Source: Eledone cirrhosa
Lineage: Eukaryota
Direction: 5' to 3'
NCBI GenBank assembly: GCA_964016885.1
Contig: OZ024745.1
Location: 59,706,001 to 59,770,000, forward strand
Length of the DNA stretch: 64,000 nt
In this document: positions 53,601 through 64,000 of the stretch, piece after piece
Position numbering within the stretch: position 1 is the first letter of the stretch
Layout of the letters: every line of letters begins with the position of its first letter
The notes under the pieces: generated by a model
Told to the model about the DNA's origin: nothing
Database searches by the model: none
Seen by the model: only the letters and a program-made list of their open reading frames with translations
Position numbers and translations under genes: made by a program

Positions 53601-56520
53601 ACCTCGACTTGGAGTGAAAACCTCGACTTGGAGTGAAAATCTCGACTTGGAGTGAGAACCTCGACTTGGAGTGAGAACCTCGACTTGGAGTGAAAACCTC
53701 GACTTGGAGTGACAACCTCGACTTGGAGTGAAAACCTCGACTTGGAGTGAGAACCTCGACTTGGAGTGAGAACCTCGACTTGGAGTGAGAACCTCGACTT
53801 GGAGTGAGAACCTCGACTTGGAGTGAGAACCTCGACTTGGAGTGAGAACCTCGACTTGGAGTGAAAACCTCGACTTGGAGTGAGAACCTCGACTTGGGGT
53901 GAAAACCTCGACTTGGAGTGAGAACCTCGACTTGGAGTGAGAACCTCGACTTGGGGTGAAAACCTCGACTTGGGGTGAAAACCTCGACTTGGAGTGAAAA
54001 CCTCGACTTGGAGTGAGAACCTCGACTTGGAGTGAAAACCTCGACTTGGAGTGAGAACCTCGACTTGGAGTGAGAACCTCGACTTGGAGTGAGAACCTCG
54101 ACTTGGAGTGAAAACCTCGACTTGGAGTGAAAACCTCGACTTGGAGTGAAAACCTCGACTTGGAGTGAAAACCTCGACTTGGAGTGAAAACCTCGACTTG
54201 GAGTGAAAACCTCGACTAGGAGTGAAAACCTCGACTTGGAGTGAGAACCTCGACTTGGAGTGAAAACCTCGATTTGGAGTGAAAACCTCGACTTGGAGTG
54301 AAAACCTCGACTTGGAGTGAGAACCTCGACTTGGAGTGAGAACCTCGACTTGGAGTGAAAACCTCGACATGGAGTGAAAACCTCGACTTGGAGTGAAAAC
54401 CTCGACTTGGAGTGAAAACCTCGACATGGAGTGAAAACCTCGACTTGGAGTGAAAACCTCGACTTGGAGTGAAAACCTCGACATGGAGTGAAAACCTCGA
54501 CTTGGAGTGAAAACCTCGACTTGGAGTGAAAACCTCGACTTGGAGTGAAAACCTCGACTTGGAGTGAAAACCTCGACTTGGAGTAAGAACCTCGACTTGG
54601 AGTGAAAACCTCGACTTGGAGTGAAAACCTCGACTTGGAGTGAGAACCTCGACTTGGAGTGAGAACCTCGACTTGGAGTGAAAACCTCGACTTGGAGTGA
54701 AAACCTCGACTTGGAGTGAAAACCTCGACTTGAAGTGAAAACCTCGACTTGGAGTGAGAACTTCGACTTGGAGTGACAACCTCGACTTGGAGTGACAACC
54801 TCGACTTGGAGTGAAAACCTCGACTTGGAGTGAGAACCACGACTTGGAGTGAAAACCTCGACTTGGAGTGAGAACCTCGACTTGGAGTGAAAACCTCGAC
54901 TTGGAGTGAAAAGCTCGACTTGGAATGAGAACCTCGACTTGGAGTGAGAACCTCGACTTGGAGTGAGAACCTCGACTTGGAGTGTAAACTGCGACTCTGA
55001 GTGAAAACCTCGACTTGGAGTGAGAACCTCGACTTGGAGTGAAAACCTAGACTTGGAGTGAGAACCTCGACTTGGAGTGAGAACCTCGACTTGGAGTGAG
55101 AACCTCGACTTGGAGTGAAAACCTCGACTTGGAGTGAGAACCTCGACTTGGAGTGAAAACCTCGACTTGGAGTCAGAACCTCGGCTTGGAGTCAGAACCT
55201 CGACTTGGAGTGAAAACCTCGACTTGGAGTGAGAACCTCGACTTGGAGTGAAAACCTCGACTTGGAGTGAGAACCTCTACTTGGAGTGAAAACCTCGACT
55301 TGAAGTGTAAACTGCGACTTGGAGTGAGAACCTCGACTTGGAGTGAAAACCTCGACTTGGAGTGTAAACTGCGACTTGGAGTGTAAACTGCGACTTGGAG
55401 TGTAATGTACAACTTGGAGCATAATGTACAACTTGGAGCATAATGTACGACTTGGCGCATAATGTACGACTTAGAGTGTAATGTAGGACTTAGAGTGTAA
55501 TGTAGGACTTAGAGTGTAATGTAGGACTTAGAGTGTAATGTAGGACTTAGAGTGTAATGTAGGACTAGGAGCATAATGTAGGACTAGGAGCATAATGTAC
55601 GATTTGGAGTGTAATGTAGGACTTGGAGTGTAATGTAGGACTTGGAGTGTAAACTGCGAGTTGAAATATAAATTGCGACTTGGATTGTAAATCTTGACTT
55701 GCAGTGTATTGAACAACTTGGGGTGTATACTGCGGCTTGGAGTGTAAACTGCGGCTCCGAATATAAACTACGACTTGCAGTGTCATATATGACTCTGAGT
55801 GAAAACCTCGACTTGGAGTGAAAACCTCGACTTGGAGTGAGAACCTCGATTGGAGTGAGAACCTCGACTTGGAGTGAAAACCTCGACTTGGAGTGAGAAC
55901 CTCGACTTGGAGTGAAAACCTCGACTTGGAGTGAAAACCTCGACTTGGAGTGAGAACCTCGACTTGGAGTGAGAACCTCGACTTGGAGTGAGAACCTCGA
56001 CTTGGAGTGAGAACCTCGACTTGGAGTGAGAACCTCGACTTGGAGTGAGAACCTCGACTTGGAGTAAGAACCTCGACTTGGAGTGAAAACCTCGACTTGG
56101 AGTGAGAACCTCGACTTGGAGTGAAAACCTCGACTTGGAGTGAAAACCTCGACTTGGAGTGAGAACCTCGACTTGGAGTGAAAACCTCGACTTGGAGTGA
56201 AAACCTCGACTTGGAGTGAAAACCTCGACTTGGAGTGAAAACCTCGACTTGGAGTGAGAACCTCGACTTGGAGTGAAAACCTCGACTTGGAGTGAGAACC
56301 TCGACTTGGAGTGAGAACCTCGACTTGGAGTGAAAACCTCGACTTGGAGTGAGAACCTCGACTTGGAGTGAGAACCTCGACTTGGAGTGAGAACCTCGAC
56401 TTGGAGTGAAAACCTCGACTTGGAGTGAAAACCTCGACTTGGAGTGAAAACCTCGACTTGGATTGAGAACCTCGACTTGGAGTGAAAACCTCGACTTGGA
56501 GTGAGAACCTCGACTTGGAG
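50700..56520. repeat. Dispersed ~5.8-kb duplicate of ~37.6-43.5 kb (offset ~13.0-13.15 kb)
   Basis: Private markers in the same order: AAACATCG ~39229/52367, GGGGTG cluster ~40753/53896, GACTAGG 41071/54214, GAGTAAG ~41457/54581, GAACCACG ~41710/54834, AAAGCTCG ~41786/54910, type-A island, GATTGAG ~43470/56461. Confidence 0.88.
55354..55790. repeat. Diverged-monomer island 4 (type A), 23 x 19-bp units, copy of island 1
   Basis: Shares the type-A diagnostics GACTTGGCGCAT and GACTTGGATTGTAAATCTT with island 1. It has one extra GACTTAGAG unit and a GAC>GAT change at ~55603. Confidence 0.95.
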
Positions 56521-59500
56521 TGAAAACCTCGACTTGGAGTGAGAACCTCGACTTGGAGTGAGAACCTCGATTTGGAGTGAAAACCTCGACTTGGAGTGAA
56601 AACCTCGACTTGGAGTGAGAACCTCGACTTGGAGTGAAACCTCGACTTGGAGGGAGAACCTCGCCTTGGAGTGAAAACCTCGACTTTGAGTGAGAACCTC
56701 GATTGGAGTGAAAACCTCGACTTGGAGTGAAAACCTCGACTTGGAGTGAAAACCTCGACTTGGAGTGAAAACCTCGACTTGGAGTGAAAACCTCGACTTG
56801 GAGTGAGAACCTCGACTTGGAGTGAGAACCTCGACTTGGAGTGAAAACCTCGACTTGGAGTGAGAACCTCGACTTGGAGTGAAAACCTCGACTTGGAGTG
56901 AGAACCTCGACTTGGAGTGAAAACCTCGACTTGGAGTGAAAACCTCGACTTGGAGTGAGAACCTCGACTTGGAGTGAAAACCTCGACTTGGAGTGAGAAC
57001 CTCGCCTTGGAGTGAAAACCTCGACTTGGAGTGAGAACCTCGACTTGGAGTGAGAACCTCGATTTGGAGTGAGAACCTCGACTTGGAGTGAAAACCTCGA
57101 CTTGGAGTGAAAACCTCGACTTGGAGTGAAAACCTAGACTTGGAGTGAAAACCTCGATTTGGAGTGAAAACCTAGACTTGGAGTGAAAACCTCGATTTGG
57201 AGTGAAAACCTCGACTTGGAGTGAGAACCTCGACTTGGAGTGAGAACCTCGACTTGGAGTGAAAACCTCGACTTGGAGTGAGAACCTCGACTTGGAGTGA
57301 GAACCTCGACTTGGAGTGAGAACCTCGACTTGGAGTGAAAACCTCGACTTGGAGTGAGAACCTCGACTTGGAGTGAAAACCTCGACTTGGAGTGAGAACC
57401 TCGCCTTGGAGTGAAAACCTCGACTTGGAGTGAAAACTTCGACTTGGAGTGAGAACCTCGACTTGGAGTGAAAACCTCGACTTGGAGTGAGAACCTCGAC
57501 CTGGAGTGAAAACCTCGACTTGGAGTGAGAACCTCGACTTGGAGTGAGAACCTCGACTTGGAGTGAAAACCTCGACTTGGAGTGAAAACCTCGACTTGGA
57601 GTGAAAACCTCGACTTGGAGTGAGAACCTCGACTTGGAGTGAGAACCTCGATTTGGAGTGAGAACCTCGACTTGGAGTGAAAACCTCGATTTGGAGTGAG
57701 AATCTCGACTTGGAGTGAAAACCTCGATTTGGAGTGAAAACCTCGACTTGGAGTGAAAACCTCGACTTGGAGTGAGAACCTCGACTTGGAGTGAGAACCT
57801 CGACTTGGAGTGAGAACCTCGACTTGGAGTGAGAACCTCGACTTGGAGTGAGAACCGCGACTTGGAGTGAAAACCTCGACTTGGAGTGAGAACCTCGACT
57901 TGGAGTGAAAACCTCGACTTGGAGTGAAAACCTCGACTTGGAGTGAAAACCTCGACTTGGAGTGAAAACCTCGGCTTGGAGTGAAAACCTCGACTTGGAG
58001 TGAAAACCTCGACTTGGAGTGAAAACCTCGACTTGGAGTGAGAACCTCGAGTTGGAGTGAGAACCTCGACTTGGAGTGAGAACCTCGACTTGGAGTGAAA
58101 ACCTCGACATGGAGTGAGAACCTCGACTTGGAGTGAAAACCTCGACATGGAGTGAAAACCGCGACTTGGAGTGAGAACCTCGTCTTGGAGTGAAAACCTC
58201 GACTTGGAGTGAAAACCTCGACTTGGAGTGAGAACCTCGACTTGGAGTGAAAACCTCGACTTGGAGTGAGAACCTCGCCTTGGAGTGAAAACCTCGACTT
58301 TGAGTGAGAACCTCGATTGGAGTGAAAACCTCGACTTGGAGTGAAAACCTCGACTTGGAGTGAGAACCTCGACTTGGAGTGAAAACCTCGACTTGGAGTG
58401 AGAACCTCGACTTGGAGTGAAAACCTCGACTTGGAGTGAAAACCTCGACTTGGAGTGAAAACCTCGACTTGGAGTGAAAACCTCGACTTGGAGTGAAAAC
58501 CTCGACTTGGAGTGAGAACCTCGACTTGGAGTGAGAACCTCGACTTGGAGTGAGAACCTCGACTTGGAGTGAGAACCTCGATTTGGAGTGAAAACCTCGA
58601 CTTGGAGTGAAAACCTCGACTTGGAGTGAGAACCTCGACTTGGAGTGAAAACCTCGACTTGGAGGGAGAACCTCGCCTTGGAGTGAAAACCTCGACTTTG
58701 AGTGAGAACCTCGATTGGAGTGAAAACCTCGACTTGGAGTGAAAACCTCGACTTGGAGTGAGAACCTCGACTTGGAGTGAAAACCTCGACTTGGAGTGAG
58801 AACCTCGACTTGGAGTGAAAACTTCGACTTGGAGTGAAAACCTCGACTTGGAGTGAAAACCTCGACTTGGAGTGAAAACATCGACTTGGAGTGAGAACCT
58901 CGACTTGGAGTGAGAACCTCGACTTGGAGTGAAAACCTCGACTTGGAGTGAGAACCTCGACTTGGAGTGAAAACCTCGACTTGGAGTGAGAACCTCGACT
59001 TGGAGTGAAAACCTCGACTTGGAGTGAAAACCTCGACTTGGAGTGAGAACCTCGACTTGGAGTGAAAACCTCGACTTGGAGTGAGAACCTCGCCTTGGAG
59101 TGAAAACCTCGACTTGGAGTGAGAACCTCGACTTGGAGTGAGAACCTCGACTTGGAGTGAAAACCTCGACTTGGAGTGAGAACCTCGACTTGGAGTGAGA
59201 ACCTCGACTTGGAGTGAAAACCTCGACTTGGAGTGAGAACCTCGACTTGGAGTGAGAACCTCGACTTGGAGTGAGAACCTCGACTTGGAGTGAAAACCTC
59301 GACTTGGAGTGAAAACCTCGACTTGGAGTGAAAACCTCGACTTGGATTGAGAACCTCGACTTGGAGTGAAAACCTCGACTTGGAGTGAAAACCTCGACTT
59401 GGAGTGAGAACCTCGACTTGGAGTGAAAACCTCGACTTGGAGTGAGAACCTCGACTTGGAGTGAGAACCTCGATTTGGAGTGAAAACCTCGACTTGGAGT

Positions 59501-60769
59501 GAAAACCTCGACTTGGAGTGAGAACCTCGACTTGGAGTGAAACCTCGACTTGGAGGGAGAACCTCGCCTTGGAGTGAAAACCTCGACTTTGAGTGAGAAC
59601 CTCGATTGGAGTGAAAACCTCGACTTGGAGTGAAAACCTCGACTTGGAGTGAGAACCTCGACTTGGAGTGAAAACCTCGACTTGGAGTGAGAACCTCGAC
59701 TTGGAGTGAAAACCTCGACTTGGAGTGAAAACCTCGACTTGGAGTGAAAACCTCGACTTGGAGTGAAAACCTCGACTTGGAGTGAGAACCTCGACTTGGA
59801 GTGAGAACCTCGACTTGGAGTGAAAACCTCGACTTGGAGTGAGAACCTCGACTTGGAGTGAAAACCTCGACTTGGAGTGAGAACCTCGACTTGGAGTGAA
59901 AACCTCGACTTGGAGTGAAAACCTCGACTTGGAGTGAGAACCTCGACTTGGAGTGAAAACCTCGACTTGGAGTGAGAACCTCGCCTTGGAGTGAAAACCT
60001 CGACTTGGAGTGAGAACCTCGACTTGGAGTGAGAACCTCGATTTGGAGTGAGAACCTCGACTTGGAGTGAAAACCTCGACTTGGAGTGAAAACCTCGACT
60101 TGGAGTGAAAACCTAGACTTGGAGTGAAAACCTCGATTTGGAGTGAAAACCTAGACTTGGAGTGAAAACCTCGATTTGGAGTGAAAACCTCGACTTGGAG
60201 TGAGAACCTCGACTTGGAGTGAGAACCTCGACTTGGAGTGAAAACCTCGACTTGGAGTGAGAACCTCGACTTGGAGTGAGAACCTCGACTTGGAGTGAGA
60301 ACCTCGACTTGGAGTGAAAACCTCGACTTGGAGTGAGAACCTCGACTTGGAGTGAAAACCTCGACTTGGAGTGAGAACCTCGCCTTGGAGTGAAAACCTC
60401 GACTTGGAGTGAAAACTTCGACTTGGAGTGAGAACCTCGACTTGGAGTGAAAACCTCGACTTGGAGTGAGAACCTCGACCTGGAGTGAAAACCTCGACTT
60501 GGAGTGAGAACCTCGACTTGGAGTGAGAACCTCGACTTGGAGTGAAAACCTCGACTTGGAGTGAAAACCTCGACTTGGAGTGAAAACCTCGACTTGGAGT
60601 GAGAACCTCGACTTGGAGTGAGAACCTCGATTTGGAGTGAGAACCTCGACTTGGAGTGAAAACCTCGATTTGGAGTGAGAATCTCGACTTGGAGTGAAAA
60701 CCTCGATTTGGAGTGAAAACCTCGACTTGGAGTGAAAACCTCGACTTGGAGTGAGAACCTCGACTTGGA

Positions 60770-63740
60770 GTGAGAACCTCGACTTGGAGTGAGAACCTCG
60801 ACTTGGAGTGAGAACCTCGACTTGGAGTGAGAACCGCGACTTGGAGTGAAAACCTCGACTTGGAGTGAGAACCTCGACTTGGAGTGAAAACCTCGACTTG
60901 GAGTGAAAACCTCGACTTGGAGTGAAAACCTCGACTTGGAGTGAAAACCTCGGCTTGGAGTGAAAACCTCGACTTGGAGTGAAAACCTCGACTTGGAGTG
61001 AAAACCTCGACTTGGAGTGAGAACCTCGAGTTGGAGTGAAAACCTCGATTTGGAGTGAAAACCTCGACTTGGAGTGAAAACCTCGACTTGGAGTGAAAAC
61101 CTCGACTTGGAGTGAAAACCTAGACTTGGAGTGAAAACCTCGATTTGGAGTGAAAACCTAGACTTGGAGTGAAAACCTCGACTTGGAGTGAGAACCTCGA
61201 CTTGGAGTGAGAACCTCGACTTGGAGTGAAAACCTCGACTTGGAGTGAGAACCTCGACTTGGAGTGAGAACCTCGACTTGGAGTGAGAACCTCGACTTGG
61301 AGTGAAAACCTCGACTTGGAGTGAGAACCTCGACTTGGAGTGAAAACCTCGACTTGGAGTGAGAACCTCGCCTTGGAGTGAAAACCTCGACTTGGAGTGA
61401 AAACTTCGACTTGGAGTGAGAACCTCGACTTGGAGTGAAAACCTCGACTTGGAGTGAGAACCTCGACCTGGAGTGAAAACCTCGACTTGGAGTGAGAACC
61501 TCGACTTGGAGTGAGAACCTCGACTTGGAGTGAGAACCTCGACTTGGAGTGAGAACCTCGATTTGGAGTGAAAACCTCGACTTGGAGTGAAAACCTCGAC
61601 TTGGAGTGAGAACCTCGACTTGGAGTGAAAACCTCGACTTGGAGTGAGAACCTCGACTTGGAGTGAAAACCTCGACTTGGAGTGAAAACCTCGACTTGGA
61701 GTGAAAACCTCGACTTGGAGTGAAAACATCGACTTGGAGTGAGAACCTCGACTTGGAGTGAGAACCTCGACTTGGAGTGAAAACCTCGACTTGGAGTGAG
61801 AACCTCGACTTGGAGTGAAAACCTCGACTTGGAGTGAGAACCTCGACTTGGAGTGAAAACCTCGACTTGGAGTGAAAACCTCGACTTGGAGTGAGAACCT
61901 CGACTTGGAGTGAAAACCTCGACTTGGAGTGAGAACCTCGCCTTGGAATGAAAACCTCGACTTGGAGTGAGAACCTCGACTTGGAGTGAGAACCTCGATT
62001 TGGAGTGAGAACCTCGACTTGGAGTGAAAACCTCGACTTGGAGTGAAAACCTCGACTTGGAGTGAAAACCTCGACTTGGAGTGAAAACCTAGACTTGGAG
62101 TGAAAACCTCGATTTGGAGTGAAAACCTAGACTTGGAGTGAAAACCTCGATTTGGAGTGAAAACCTCGACTTGGAGTGAGAACCTCGACTTGGAGTGAGA
62201 ACCTCGACTTGGAGTGAAAACCTCGACTTGAAGTGAGAACCTCGACTTGGAGTGAGAACCTCGACTTGGAGTGAGAACCTCGACTTGGAGTGAGAACCTC
62301 GACTTGGAGTGAGAACCGCGACTTGGAGTGAAAACCTCGACTTGGAGTGAGAACCTCGACTTGGAGTGAAAACCTCGACTTGGAGTGAAAACCTCGACTT
62401 GGAGTGAAAACCTCGACTTGGAGTGAAAACCTCGGCTTGGAGTGAAAACCTCGACTTGGAGTGAAAACCTCGACTTGGAGTGAAAACCTCGACTTGGAGT
62501 GAGAACCTCGAGTTGGAGTGAAAACCTCGATTTGGAGTGAAAACCTCGACTTGGAGTGAAAACCTCGACTTGGAGTGAAAACCTCGACTTGGAGTGAAAA
62601 CCTAGACTTGGAGTGAAAACCTCGATTTGGAGTGAAAACCTAGACTTGGAGTGAAAACCTCGACTTGGAGTGAGAACCTCGACTTGGAGTGAGAACCTCG
62701 ACTTGGAGTGAAAACCTCGACTTGGAGTGAGAACCTCGACTTGGAGTGAGAACCTCGACTTGGAGTGAGAACCTCGACTTGGAGTGAAAACCTCGACTTG
62801 GAGTGAGAACCTCGACTTGGAGTGAAAACCTCGACTTGGAGTGAGAACCTCGCCTTGGAGTGAAAACCTCGACTTGGAGTGAAAACTTCGACTTGGAGTG
62901 AGAACCTCGACTTGGAGTGAAAACCTCGACTTGGAGTGAGAACCTCGACCTGGAGTGAAAACCTCGACTTGGAGTGAGAACCTCGACTTGGAGTGAGAAC
63001 CTCGACTTGGAGTGAGAACCTCGACTTGGAGTGAGAACCTCGATTTGGAGTGAAAACCTCGACTTGGAGTGAAAACCTCGACTTGGAGTGAGAACCTCGA
63101 CTTGGAGTGAAAACCTCGACTTGGAGTGAGAACCTCGACTTGGAGTGAAAACCTCGACTTGGAGTGAAAACCTCGACTTGGAGTGAAAACCTCGACTTGG
63201 AGTGAAAACATCGACTTGGAGTGAGAACCTCGACTTGGAGTGAGAACCTCGACTTGGAGTGAAAACCTCGACTTGGAGTGAGAACCTCGACTTGGAGTGA
63301 AAACCTCGACTTGGAGTGAGAACCTCGACTTGGAGTGAAAACCTCGACTTGGAGTGAAAACCTCGACTTGGAGTGAGAACCTCGACTTGGAGTGAAAACC
63401 TCGACTTGGAGTGAGAACCTCGCCTTGGAATGAAAACCTCGACTTGGAGTGAGAACCTCGACTTGGAGTGAGAACCTCGATTTGGAGTGAGAACCTCGAC
63501 TTGGAGTGAAAACCTCGACTTGGAGTGAAAACCTCGACTTGGAGTGAAAACCTCGACTTGGAGTGAAAACCTAGACTTGGAGTGAAAACCTCGATTTGGA
63601 GTGAAAACCTAGACTTGGAGTGAAAACCTCGATTTGGAGTGAAAACCTCGACTTGGAGTGAGAACCTCGACTTGGAGTGAGAACCTCGACTTGGAGTGAA
63701 AACCTCGACTTGAAGTGAGAACCTCGACTTGGAGTGAGAA
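60770..63740. repeat. Tandem duplication of 1482 bp (78 monomers), a rearranged HOR variant
   Basis: Markers at +1482: CTAGAC 61120/62602, AAACATCG ~61727/63209, GGAATG ~61946/63428, TTGAAGTG ~62228/63710. Confidence 0.88.
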
Positions 63741-64000
63741 CCTCGACTTGGAGTGAGAACCTCGACTTGGAGTGAAAACCTCGACTTGGAGTGAGAACCT
63801 CGACTTGGAGTGAAAACCTCGACTTGGAGTGAGAACCTCGCCTTGGAGTGAAAACCTCGACTTGGAGTGAAAACTTCGACTTGGAGTGAGAACCTCGACT
63901 TGGAGTGAAAACCTCGACTTGGAGTGAGAACCTCGACCTGGAGTGAAAACCTCGACTTGGAGTGAGAACCTCGACTTGGAGTGAGAACCTCGACTTGGAG

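Larger units (their letters stand above)
1..64000. repeat. Tandem satellite array of 19-bp monomer CCTCGACTTGGAGTGARAA (~3,370 copies, head-to-tail, runs to both window edges)
   Basis: Read directly: 1-19 is cctcgacttggagtgaaaa and the unit recurs every 19 bp to the end. The main variation is GAAAA vs GAGAA, plus scattered substitutions and occasional 18-bp units. No inverted copies seen. Confidence 0.99.

Noticed and set aside
42087-55786. Short ORFs over the islands (e.g. MFNTLQVK..., MTLQVVVY...) as small genes
   Set aside because: They are translations of diverged monomers (LQV..TPS..HSK pattern) in overlapping frames.
3940-63211. Long minus-strand ORFs (up to 2543 aa) as protein-coding genes
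   Set aside because: They overlap in all three frames with the same repeat peptide, and their starts and stops are sporadic satellite variants. Variation follows the 19-bp period rather than codons, and there are no unique domains.
1-64000. Telomerase-synthesised telomeric repeat
   Set aside because: There is little G/C strand skew and no match to a telomere motif I recognise. Kb-scale inherited variant patterns indicate recombinational amplification. A recombination-maintained terminal array cannot be excluded from this window alone.
1-64000. Transcription-factor site array (AGTGAAA resembles IRF/PRDM1-type motifs)
   Set aside because: Short partial matches are expected by chance, the organism is unknown, and there is no supporting context.
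1-64000. Synthetic or purely artefactual sequence
   Set aside because: Hierarchical shared variants, diverged islands and nested duplications are typical of natural satellite evolution, though local mis-assembly remains possible.

Overview
The whole 64 kb window is one head-to-tail tandem array of a 19-bp monomer, consensus CCTCGACTTGGAGTGA(A/G)AA (about 3,370 copies), in a single orientation with no unique DNA. It looks like eukaryotic satellite DNA; I cannot assign the organism or a named family. There are no credible genes, RNA genes, transposons or CRISPR arrays. The long minus-strand ORFs arise because the reverse-complement monomer has no stop codon, so every frame gives the same 19-aa repeat. 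The array is internally structured: (i) a near-balanced A/G dimorphism at one monomer position; (ii) a nearly pure zone at 1-3480; (iii) an irregular 1.4-2.4 kb higher-order repeat (HOR) marked by an ordered series of rare variants; (iv) nested segmental duplications with offsets of 209, 1482, 1710, 3603, 4082, 9048 bp and about 13.1 kb; and (v) four ~400-bp islands of strongly diverged monomers that keep the exact 19-bp register, fall into two subtypes, and are each preceded by what looks like a collapsed copy of the island. I see no direct evidence of a new protein-based system. The best leads are the satellite architecture, the islands and the lack of CpG decay.
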